Shown here: piece by piece, positions 52,500-61,112 of the stretch | Numbering within the stretch: the first letter of the stretch is position 1 | Layout of the letters: every line of letters begins with the position of its first letter | Position numbers and translations under genes: made by a program | DNA from: Candidatus Harrysmithiimonas galli | Lineage (GTDB): Bacteria; Bacillota; Bacilli; CAJFEE01 | DNA length: 64,000 bases | Assembly: GCA_904373265.1 (NCBI GenBank) | Contig: CAJFEE010000004.1 | Location: 33,229 to 97,228, forward strand | Direction of reading: 5' to 3' | Notes under the pieces: generated by a model | Told to the model about the DNA's origin: nothing | The model's database searches: none | The model's input: only the letters and a program-made list of their open reading frames with translations

Positions 52500-52830
52500 T
52501 CAATATTCATTTGAAGTTAACCGCAAATATTGTAGAAATTCCTTTGGTAATTTTTGATTGCATCGTGCTTTTGTATGCGTAGTGTCTACAATACTTGTAT
52601 TACTTTTCATGATTTTCTTTTCAAGTGATTTCAACCATTTTCTCAATAGGCATATCCCATCAGTCAATATCTTGGAAACGAAGTCGACAAAATTTTGTAA
52701 GTGAACTTGAATCAATGACATCATCTTCTGGTACCCTATCCCAAAAATATTTAAAAAAACATGTCATATTTAGACATTCAACTAAGTCTACATCTGAAAT
52801 ATCGTAAACTGCTTCCAATAATAAGGACTG
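52500..52830 (-). mobile_element. Fragmentary IS transposase pseudogene (IS5/IS1182-type, DUF772 N-terminal region)
   Basis: Minus-strand translation gives SLLLEAVYDISDVDLVECLNMTCFFKYFWDRVPEDDVIDSSSLTKF..., then frame changes to ...MPIEKMVEIT and ...KSNTSIVDTTHTKARCNQKLPKE. Truncated, with no DDE core and no inverted repeats seen. Confidence 0.55.
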
Positions 52831-53166
52831 AAAGCAAGGTGATTTCGAATTGAAATCACAGGGAGTACCACCTGAATATAAGTCCTTTTAGATGAATGAA
52901 AAAAGCGAAGGATTCGACGATTTATTACCGAATCCTTCGCAATGGATAACTATATAGACTTTCTCAGTGCCTTCTTTTGAGCAGAGGACTTTTATGGTTT
53001 TTAATGCAATTTTCGTGAAGCAAAAATGAGTTTTTTCTTATCTTGATACATATAGAAATCACGTCATTTTTGAAAAGTACTGCAAAGTGTTGATACGATA
53101 GAGTTTTCCTTTGTTTTTTTACATGAAAGAAAAATATATATAAACCAATTGTGTTCTGATTAAGTT

Positions 53167-53855
53167 ATGATGCTAAATCAAAACAATATAGGGGATTTTT
53201 GTGCCCCCTTACGTCGAACAGAAGGAAGATTTTTATTATATATGTGTACCTATAATAATATGGATTTAGATCAAAAAACAGTATTTTGTGATAAAAAAGC
53301 AAATGGAAAAGTGCAGTCGTGGAAAGAAAAGAAACTGATGAATGTCGGTTATTTTGAGTTGTTAGGGATTTTGTGGTTCAAACAAGCAGAACGTGTATTT
53401 ACTACATGTGGTGAGATACTAAAGTTTGATATGACACATGAAAGACGCATGAGGTTAGCGAAAGCATAGTTTTGTAAGTCAATGTTATGTCCATAATGTG
53501 CAATTGGAGGAAAACGATGGAACGAAGTGTACAAACAACCAAAATTATAAGAAAAAGTGATTTACCAAAAACGAAAAGCGAGATGTTTTCTTAACTTGGT
53601 TAGTCAAGAATGTGTTTGATGGTAAAGTGTTGGATAAAAGCTTGAAAGTAATGAAAGAAGGTTTGTATCATAAACGAATGATTGTGTATGGTGGTTTGTT
53701 TTAAAAGCAGTACATAAACAATTGAATTTTAGATGATGTCGAAGTTGGCGATGTAGTTTGCGTAGATGATGAGGATTTAGATATTGAGGAAAAAAGCATA
53801 TTCAATTGTGGCTCGGTGGAACTGGAAACAGAAAATAGATATAGTAGGTGATTTG
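53167..53855 (+). pseudogene. Remnant of a rolling-circle replication initiator (Rep_1, pC194/pUB110-like)
   Basis: The N-terminal piece ends ...RRMRLAKA*, followed by FCKSMLCP*C (the CxxxxCPxC motif with an in-frame stop). The central part is missing. The C-terminal piece GLYHKRMIVYGGLF*KQYINN*ILDDVEVGDVVCVDDEDLDIEEK, and then YSIVARWNWKQK in another frame. Confidence 0.55.
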
Positions 53856-55115
53856 ATGAATAAAGGACATCGTGTGATTTTTCATATTGATATGAATTGT
53901 TATTTTGCATCGGTTGAAATTGCCAATCGTCCAGATTTAAAAGGAAAACCGGTTGCCATTGCTGGAAATGTCAAAGAACGAAAAGGAATTATTATTACAT
54001 GTAGCTATGAGGCTAGAGATACTGGCGTGTATACAACAATGCCACTATGGGAAGGGTTGAAAAGGTGTCCGAATTTGATTGTTTTACCACCAAATCATAC
54101 ATTGTATCGAGAAACGGCATATAAGGTATTTCACTTGTTGGGGAGTTTTTCTCCAATTTTGGAACCTGCTTCAATTGATGAAGTTTACTTGGATGTGACA
54201 CATGTACAACATTTGCATCCCGTTCAGTTGGCAAAAGAAATCCAAAATACAGTGCTGGAGAAAATGGGTCTGCCTTGCAGCATTGGGATTGCACCAAATA
54301 AATTTTTGGCAAAGATGGCTTCGGATATGAGAAAGCCGTTGGGTATTACAGTGCTTCGAAAGCGAGACATTCCAGATGTCTTATGGCCACTTCCAGTTGA
54401 ATCTATGCATGGAATTGGGTACAGAACGAAAAAGAAATATCATGCATTGAATATTTATACGATTGAAGATTTGGCAAAGGCTGATGTGCAGCAATTACAG
54501 GATAAAATCGGAAAGATCGGTCGGCTGCTGCATGAGCGTGCCAATGGTAAAGATATGCGTCCGGTTGATCCTGAGCATATTTTATCATTCAAAACCATGG
54601 GCAATTCAATAACTCTACCTCAAAATTTATGTGATGAAAAAGCACTTGCAGAGGTTTTTCATCATTTATGTCAAAAATTGAGTCAACGTTTAATCATTAG
54701 GCGTGCATATGCCAAAACGATTCAAATTATGATTCGGTATGGCAATCGGCAGACGATTACTCGAAGTCAAGCACTGTTAAATCCTGTTCAATCATCAGAT
54801 GAACTTTTTAAGATGGCAGTTTTACTTTTTCAACGGCATTGGGACGGGGAAAGTGTTCGTTTGTTAGGAGTTAGTGCCATCGAAACCCTTGATGAAAAGG
54901 AATGGTTTAAGCAGCTTGATTTATTTTCTTATCAAAAAGAAACACCTAAAAAAATGAAGCTGTCCGATTTGGCTGTAGAAATCAATAAAAAGTTGGGACA
55001 ACAAGCTTTAATGCTTGGATGTCGTTTAAAAAATGAAAAGAAAGTTTTCAAATCTGAGGCTGAAAAATTATATGAATATTTGAATTTTTTAAGAAAACAA
55101 ATGAATGATTCGTGA
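53856..55115 (+). CDS. dinB: DNA polymerase IV (Y-family translesion polymerase)
   Basis: Start at ATG 53856 (AGGTGA upstream). FHIDMNCYFASVE, SIDEVYLDVT, and the little-finger region. Confidence 0.85.
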   Translation: MNKGHRVIFHIDMNCYFASVEIANRPDLKGKPVAIAGNVKERKGIIITCSYEARDTGVYTTMPLWEGLKRCPNLIVLPPNHTLYRETAYKVFHLLGSFSPILEPASIDEVYLDVTHVQHLHPVQLAKEIQNTVLEKMGLPCSIGIAPNKFLAKMASDMRKPLGITVLRKRDIPDVLWPLPVESMHGIGYRTKKKYHALNIYTIEDLAKADVQQLQDKIGKIGRLLHERANGKDMRPVDPEHILSFKTMGNSITLPQNLCDEKALAEVFHHLCQKLSQRLIIRRAYAKTIQIMIRYGNRQTITRSQALLNPVQSSDELFKMAVLLFQRHWDGESVRLLGVSAIETLDEKEWFKQLDLFSYQKETPKKMKLSDLAVEINKKLGQQALMLGCRLKNEKKVFKSEAEKLYEYLNFLRKQMNDS

Positions 55116-55711
55116 TAAATGAAGCAATAAGATTTTAGCTTGATTTATCACTTTTTTTGTATGAAAGATGATTTTCAGACATATATACATAAAGGGATAG
55201 CAGAGAAAAAACTCAGCTTGATTTTTTTTGCAAGGGATGTTGCATAATCGTCAAATGGGAAGTTTTTTTATTAATATCCGGAGAGAATCAAAGCTTAAGA
55301 AATAGATCAAGCAAAGATAGACATTTATGATCAAATTGGTTTTTAGAGCTATGTCAAAATAAGCAACATTAAATAAAGAGATTCGGTTAGAAGGGTCTTT
55401 ACTCTGAAGATGGTTATGATGAAAGTCATTTGTAGGAAAAATCTGATTGAAACGCATTTTTCGGGGATGTCTACATGGATGAGGAAAAAAGAGTCGAGCT
55501 AAACTTGTGTTTTGTAATCGATGTACAGCTTGTCTGAGAAATGAATCAAACGAAAAGAGTTATAGTGTATACTATGAAGCATTGTAAATGCGACGGAGAA
55601 TCAGGGGAGGTTTCTCCTGTTTTCTGAAACCACCAGAATGTTATAATGATGTAATTTTATCTTTTACAAAGATAGCAAAAGAAGGGTCTAAAGTATAAAG
55701 GAGAAATCAAT

Positions 55712-56155
55712 ATGGAAATATGGGAAGAAAATCAAATACCAGAAATGATTCAAAAATCAATTCAAGAGTTGATTAAAAGGGCAGAAAAAATAAAAAAACC
55801 GCATGTATACCATATGTTAAGTTTTTGGATGTTTAGTTTGTTGGCTACTTCTATGCTGACAGATGCTTGTATATATTTTTGGGGAATTTCTGAGCAGATG
55901 TGGCAAGCGGTTATATTTTATTTGACAGATCAAGTTCGTTTGACTTTATTGGTGTTGCTTTCATTTTTATTTTTTTGCTATCAGTATTTTAAAACAGAGG
56001 AAAAGAAAAAAGAGAGTAAATTCGAATGCCTTCGTGAAGAAATTATTGAAAGCATTCGAACAGAATGGCCGATATATTTAACGAAAAAACAAATTATTAA
56101 AATTATAGAATTTTTGAAAAAAGAATATCAGATCAATTTATATTATAAAGGTTGA
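55712..56155 (+). CDS. Two-TM membrane protein of unknown function (possibly YpbF/DUF2663-like)
   Basis: 147 aa with a charged N-terminus, two TM helices and a charged C-terminus ending YQINLYYKG. RBS AAGGAG. The family call is tentative. Confidence 0.45.
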   Translation: MEIWEENQIPEMIQKSIQELIKRAEKIKKPHVYHMLSFWMFSLLATSMLTDACIYFWGISEQMWQAVIFYLTDQVRLTLLVLLSFLFFCYQYFKTEEKKKESKFECLREEIIESIRTEWPIYLTKKQIIKIIEFLKKEYQINLYYKG

Positions 56156-59100
56156 TGTTTTTTCCAAATTCGAGTTAAAGGTTTCTCAAATAATATCAAA
56201 AGAGAAGGGATTAGAACAAGTGTAATAAAAGTAGAAGAAATGAGCCCAAAAATAATGACAACGGACATTGGCCGTTCAAATTCTATGCCTTCGCCAGATC
56301 CGATAAATAATGGCAGCACTCCTAGAATAGTTGTTGCCGCAGTCATGAAAATTGGGCGGATTCTAGTCGGTGCTCCGTTTAAAACGGCTTCTTTTAATGC
56401 TTGTCCGTTTTGCATACGCTGCATCACACTGTCCAACAGTAAAATGGCATTGTTGACTACAACACCAATTAAAAGTAAAATTCCGATAAAACTTGCAGCG
56501 CTTAATGGGTAATGGAATACAATCAGTGCAGAAATAATTCCAATGGAAATTACTGGAACAGAGCAAATTAAAATGAAAGGTACAAGCAATGATTCAAATT
56601 GTGCAGCCAAAATCATATAAATAAACAAAATGGCCAGTAGACAAACAAAGCTCATCTGTTTGAATCCGGTTTTGATTTGTTGCATTTGCCCGTCTAAAAT
56701 GACTTGCACGGAATGATTTGCATCTTTTTTTGAGGATAAAATCTTTTGTAGTGTTTGAAATATTTCTCGATTGTTTTTCATATTGGTTTCGGCTGTTAAA
56801 AGGGTTTGTGCTTGTTGGTTATATCGGCTTTGCTTGCTGATTTGACGTGTTTTTTGTATGGTTGTTAGCTGACCGACGGTGACAAAGCCTTTGTCAGTTG
56901 TGAAAATGGGTAGTTGTGCCAATTCATTGGATTGAGGAGGCACACTTTGCTTGCGTAAAAAGATTCTGATTGGTATCTCTTCTTTTTGGTCTTGAATTCG
57001 ATAGATTTCTTTCCCATTTATTATAGCTTGTAATTGCATGGCAAGCGCTATACGATCAATTCCCAGTAGTGTAGCTTTTTCTTCTTGGAAAATTAATGAA
57101 AGCATGGGTACAAAATCGCTTCCTTCTGTATGAATCTGAGATAATCCGCTGACACCTTCTAGTTTTGGTTTGATCTGCTTCATAGCTTGAATGGTTCTAT
57201 CTCGGCTTGAGCTTAAAATACGAATTTTTATGTTGGAGTCGAAAAATCCTGGATCACTTGCTGAAAGTGTATAAGAAAGATTGGAAATTTGCTTCAGCTT
57301 AGCTTCGATTTTTTTTACAATTTCTTGGTCGCTTAAAGACCGATCTGTCTTTTTTTTCAATAGACAATAGAAATTTGCTTCGTTTTCATGTACTTGTTCC
57401 ATAAATGAGGCGTCGGGAGCACCTCCAATTGTGGCATAGACGGATTGAACACCTTCGGTTTTTTCCAGTACAGGAAAAATTTTCAAAGCGGTTTGCTCAG
57501 TATGTTTCCATGTACTGCCTTCTGGGCATCGAATATGCCCGATAATAAAACTTTGATCTTGATGTGGTAGGAATTCAATGTCAATTTTTGGGATAAGCCA
57601 TAAAGAAGCAAAAAAAATGAAAAAGCATGTAAAGACCACAACTTTTGGGTGATTCATGAAAACAGACAATATTTTTTTATAGGAATTGACCAAGCGGTTG
57701 CAGCTATTTTTTCTAGATGAAAAAAAAGAAAACAGTTTTCTTCCTTGAATTAAAGGAATAAATAAAAATGCAACAAACAGACTGGTTAGTTGAATTAGAA
57801 TGATTACAATAGCCAACGGAGCAAATAGTTGTTTAACCAGTCCCTCAATAAAAAGAAAAGGGATAAAAATAACGATGCTGCTTAATGTAGAGGCGAGCAT
57901 GGGCTGAAATACTTGCATCGCTCCTTTGATTGCGCTTTTTTTTCGGTCTGATTGCTTGGATGTTTCTTGTTCAATGCTTTCAACAATAACAATGGCATTG
58001 TCGATCATCATGCCAACACCTAAAGACAATGCACCCAATGTCAGCAAGTTCAAATTTTGTTGAAACAAATACATACCGAAAAAATTAATTACAATAGCTA
58101 GTGGAATTGTGAAAAAAATAATTAATGTACTTTGAAGATTTCTTAAAAAAATATATAATATGCCCGCAGCAAATAGACCGCCCCAGAAAATGGCAGAATA
58201 GACAGAGGAAATAGCTTGTTTAATGTATTGGCTTTGATCGAAGACTGATTCAAATTGTATCGGTTCGTTTGTATGCGCTTGGATTTTTTTCAAAGTGTGT
58301 TGTACAGCATTAGCGATTTCAACTGTGTTTTTCTCACTTTCTTTAAATATGGATAGTCCAATGCACGGTTTTCCATTTATATAAGCCAGATGTCCTTTTG
58401 GCAATTGTAGCTCCATAATTTGTGCAATTTCTTTTAATGGTATCATTCCGTTTGATGTAGGGAGCTCTAGATGAATCAGATCGTATAGGCTGGATTCAGT
58501 GCTTGTAATTTGCATTTGATAAACTTGATTTTGTTCAGTAACAGCACCGATTGGCACGTGATTTAATTTGGACATAATGGCATTTTGAATTTGTTCAATA
58601 TCTAAATGCAGTTGTGCAATTTTTTCTGGATTTAAACAGATTTGAATTTGTCTTTCTTTCACACCGTCTATTGTAACAGTTGCGACACCATCTATTGCTT
58701 GTAATGCACCAATTACATTTTGTTCAATCCATTTTTTTGTTTGATTCATTTCCATACCTTCTTGATAAATGACCCACTGCATAATTGGCATTGCAAAGGG
58801 ATCGAAAGGTAAGATGGCCGGCATTGGTGTGTTTTTGGGCAAAATGCTTTTGAGTACCTCGAATTTTTCTTGAATATTTTCTTTATTGCTTTTCATATTG
58901 CTGCCCCATTGAAATTTTAGTGTAATCAGAGATTGTCCGACCAAAGAGGTTGAGTGGATAGACTGGATATTAGGCAGTGTGGAGAAAAGCTTTTCTAATG
59001 GAATGGTAATTTGATTTTCTATTTCACTCGGTCCCAAATTTTCCATATGTGTAGAGACAATTAGATAAGGTTGCTGTATTTTTGGAAATAAATCGATGCT

Positions 59101-59196
59101 CATATGCTGCCAACCTATACATCCCAAAAGGATAAAAAAGGCAAGCAGCATAGTTGCGGCAATAGGACGGTGAACTGCCCATTTTGGAAGTTTCAA
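56143..59196 (-). CDS. RND-superfamily efflux transporter (AcrB/AcrD/AcrF family)
   Basis: 1017 aa with the 12-TM topology and two large extracytoplasmic loops. The N-terminal MKLPKWAVHRPIAATML is typical of ACR_tran proteins. Confidence 0.85.
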   Translation of the reverse strand: MKLPKWAVHRPIAATMLLAFFILLGCIGWQHMSIDLFPKIQQPYLIVSTHMENLGPSEIENQITIPLEKLFSTLPNIQSIHSTSLVGQSLITLKFQWGSNMKSNKENIQEKFEVLKSILPKNTPMPAILPFDPFAMPIMQWVIYQEGMEMNQTKKWIEQNVIGALQAIDGVATVTIDGVKERQIQICLNPEKIAQLHLDIEQIQNAIMSKLNHVPIGAVTEQNQVYQMQITSTESSLYDLIHLELPTSNGMIPLKEIAQIMELQLPKGHLAYINGKPCIGLSIFKESEKNTVEIANAVQHTLKKIQAHTNEPIQFESVFDQSQYIKQAISSVYSAIFWGGLFAAGILYIFLRNLQSTLIIFFTIPLAIVINFFGMYLFQQNLNLLTLGALSLGVGMMIDNAIVIVESIEQETSKQSDRKKSAIKGAMQVFQPMLASTLSSIVIFIPFLFIEGLVKQLFAPLAIVIILIQLTSLFVAFLFIPLIQGRKLFSFFSSRKNSCNRLVNSYKKILSVFMNHPKVVVFTCFFIFFASLWLIPKIDIEFLPHQDQSFIIGHIRCPEGSTWKHTEQTALKIFPVLEKTEGVQSVYATIGGAPDASFMEQVHENEANFYCLLKKKTDRSLSDQEIVKKIEAKLKQISNLSYTLSASDPGFFDSNIKIRILSSSRDRTIQAMKQIKPKLEGVSGLSQIHTEGSDFVPMLSLIFQEEKATLLGIDRIALAMQLQAIINGKEIYRIQDQKEEIPIRIFLRKQSVPPQSNELAQLPIFTTDKGFVTVGQLTTIQKTRQISKQSRYNQQAQTLLTAETNMKNNREIFQTLQKILSSKKDANHSVQVILDGQMQQIKTGFKQMSFVCLLAILFIYMILAAQFESLLVPFILICSVPVISIGIISALIVFHYPLSAASFIGILLLIGVVVNNAILLLDSVMQRMQNGQALKEAVLNGAPTRIRPIFMTAATTILGVLPLFIGSGEGIEFERPMSVVIIFGLISSTFITLVLIPSLLILFEKPLTRIWKKHQPL

Positions 59197-60281
59197 TGAA
59201 AGTCCTCCTTTTTTGACGGTATAATTTGGCCGTGATAAACCTGATCCAATTCTCCCTGTAAAATACTTTCAGTTTCCTGAATTCCGCTTGTAACTTCAAT
59301 TTGTCCGTTTTGATACTGTCCAGTTTGAATTTTTTTCTTTTGAATCTGTTGGTTTTGAATGATGTAAACAAAGGTTTCATTGTTTTCAAACATGACACAC
59401 GATTTTGGTATGGTTAGGGTTTGTCGGGATGAGCGGCTGATGACTTTTGCGCTTCCAACCTGTCCGATATGTAACGGGCTACAGTTTGTTTCTATTTTTG
59501 TTCGAATTTCATATAATTGTGTTCCATTTTTGGGCATATAGCTAATTTCTTTAATGGTTCCCGAGCTGCATGGTTTTTCTCCATCCCATGTAATGTAGAG
59601 TGGATTGCCATTTTGAATATTTTTTAATTGGAAGCTGTTAGCGTATAATGTGACACTTGGATGATGGAAGTCAATTAAATAAAACAATGCTTCTTTTTCC
59701 TTTTGGTATCCAGAAATATTTTCTGGTTGATTAAAGGTAATTTGTCCGTCAAACGGTGCTTGAATATATTCCATTTCTTTCATTTTTTGTAGGGCTTGTT
59801 CCTGTAGAGAAAGCTCAATTTTTTGGGTGGTTATCATTTGTTTGTTCCATTTATCCCACTCATCTTTTATCATTTGTATATCTGTTTTAGATTGGCCAAA
59901 AAATTTTTGAAACCAATTTTTATGCTCTGGTTGTTTTTCAAAAGCAGATGGCTCCATTTTTTCTAAATTTTGCAACTGTTTTTGGATGGCTATTTGTTTT
60001 TGTCTTATTTCGGAAAGATCAAATGATAGTAAGTACTCTCCTTTTTTTACATGTTGTCCTTCTGTAACATAAATTTTTCGGATTGGCAATTCATTTGGTG
60101 GATAAATTGGTAATATTTTTTGTGGCAAAACAACAGCCGGAAGTTTGATTTCTGTATGTATCACTTCTTTTTTTGGATGGATAATGATTGGTTCTTTGTT
60201 TTGTGTTTCAAATGTTTCGGTTTGAGCAGGAAATGTTGGTGTAAGTAGCGAAAATATAAGTAGAATGTAGATTGATTTCAT
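59193..60281 (-). CDS. Efflux RND periplasmic adaptor / membrane-fusion protein (HlyD family)
   Basis: Start moved to ATG 60281 (GGAGG upstream). Signal/anchor MKSIYILLIFSLL, lipoyl-like VTEGQHVKKGEYLLSFD, and a coiled-coil segment. 4-nt overlap with the RND gene. Confidence 0.7.
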   Translation of the reverse strand: MKSIYILLIFSLLTPTFPAQTETFETQNKEPIIIHPKKEVIHTEIKLPAVVLPQKILPIYPPNELPIRKIYVTEGQHVKKGEYLLSFDLSEIRQKQIAIQKQLQNLEKMEPSAFEKQPEHKNWFQKFFGQSKTDIQMIKDEWDKWNKQMITTQKIELSLQEQALQKMKEMEYIQAPFDGQITFNQPENISGYQKEKEALFYLIDFHHPSVTLYANSFQLKNIQNGNPLYITWDGEKPCSSGTIKEISYMPKNGTQLYEIRTKIETNCSPLHIGQVGSAKVISRSSRQTLTIPKSCVMFENNETFVYIIQNQQIQKKKIQTGQYQNGQIEVTSGIQETESILQGELDQVYHGQIIPSKKEDFH

Positions 60282-60503
60282 ATCGAGATCCTCCTGTCTA
60301 TATCGTTGCCTACATTTTTTAAAACATGTATTATGCTTGTATTTTTCTGTGGGTTTGAAAGGCATATTGATTACGCTTTTTGATCTAGTATTGTGGAATT
60401 GAAATATAATTGTATTGAATTTGTAGTGCAAAATTCTTGAAAAAAATGGTAATCTAATACTAGAGAGATATTGATTTTTGATAATGGGTTATGTATAATT
60501 AAA

Positions 60504-60518
60504 TTATAATTATTATAA
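60504..60518. promoter_or_regulatory. Perfect PerR-box (TTATAAT-n-ATTATAA) upstream of spx
   Basis: ttataat t attataa is an exact match to the 7-1-7 PerR consensus. It sits inside a perfect 27-bp palindrome (60498-60524), 77 nt upstream of the spx ATG. Confidence 0.5.
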
Positions 60519-60594
60519 TTTAATAGATTCTTTAATCTATATCAATTCACATGGTAAGGAAAGGCGAAATCTTGTGAAGAAAGAGGAATAAAAA

Positions 60595-61017
60595 ATGATC
60601 ACTTTATTGACCACTCCAAGCTGTACCTCTTGCCGAAAAGCAAGAGCATGGTTAAAGCAACATGATATACCATTTGAAGAACGAAATATGATGACACATC
60701 CTCTAACTGTTGAAGAAATAAAAAATATTCTTCGCATGACAGAGGAAGGAACAGAAGATATTGTTTCAACAAGATCAAAGACATTTCAAGATTTAAATAT
60801 TGATATGGATCAGATTCCATTGCGTGAACTGTATGAATTGATGAGCAAATATCCAGGAATGCTGAAGCGACCGATTATTGTTGATGAGAAACGTCTACAG
60901 ATCGGATATAATGAAGATGAAATTCGCCGCTTTTTACCACGAAGAGTTCGTGAGTACCAAATGCGTGAGATTCGCCGTCTGGTGAATAATCTGGAAATGT
61001 GTGAGCAGAATGCATAG
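60595..61017 (+). CDS. spx: Global redox-sensing transcriptional regulator Spx (ArsC family)
   Basis: [31 protein letters not shown]... with the CxxC switch, and [25 protein letters not shown]. Confidence 0.9.
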   Translation: MITLLTTPSCTSCRKARAWLKQHDIPFEERNMMTHPLTVEEIKNILRMTEEGTEDIVSTRSKTFQDLNIDMDQIPLRELYELMSKYPGMLKRPIIVDEKRLQIGYNEDEIRRFLPRRVREYQMREIRRLVNNLEMCEQNA

Positions 61018-61078
61018 CAAAATCGATGTGCTTTGTTAAAGTGTGTGGATGGAGCAGTCAAATGGAATAAAATACGAT

Positions 61079-61112
61079 AATCGGTAGGAAAATGGTTCTG
61101 CCGATTTTGTTA
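61079..61112 (+). terminator. Rho-independent terminator of spx
   Basis: 9-bp stem aatcggtag / ctgccgatt (one G-U pair), followed by a T run. Confidence 0.6.

Noticed and set aside
51212-53855. Searched for a direct repeat of the tRNA-Val 3' end (att-like site) to delimit an island
   Set aside because: I found no convincing copy of ggttcgaacccagtaggaatca, or its last ~15 nt, by eye. The island boundaries therefore remain undefined.
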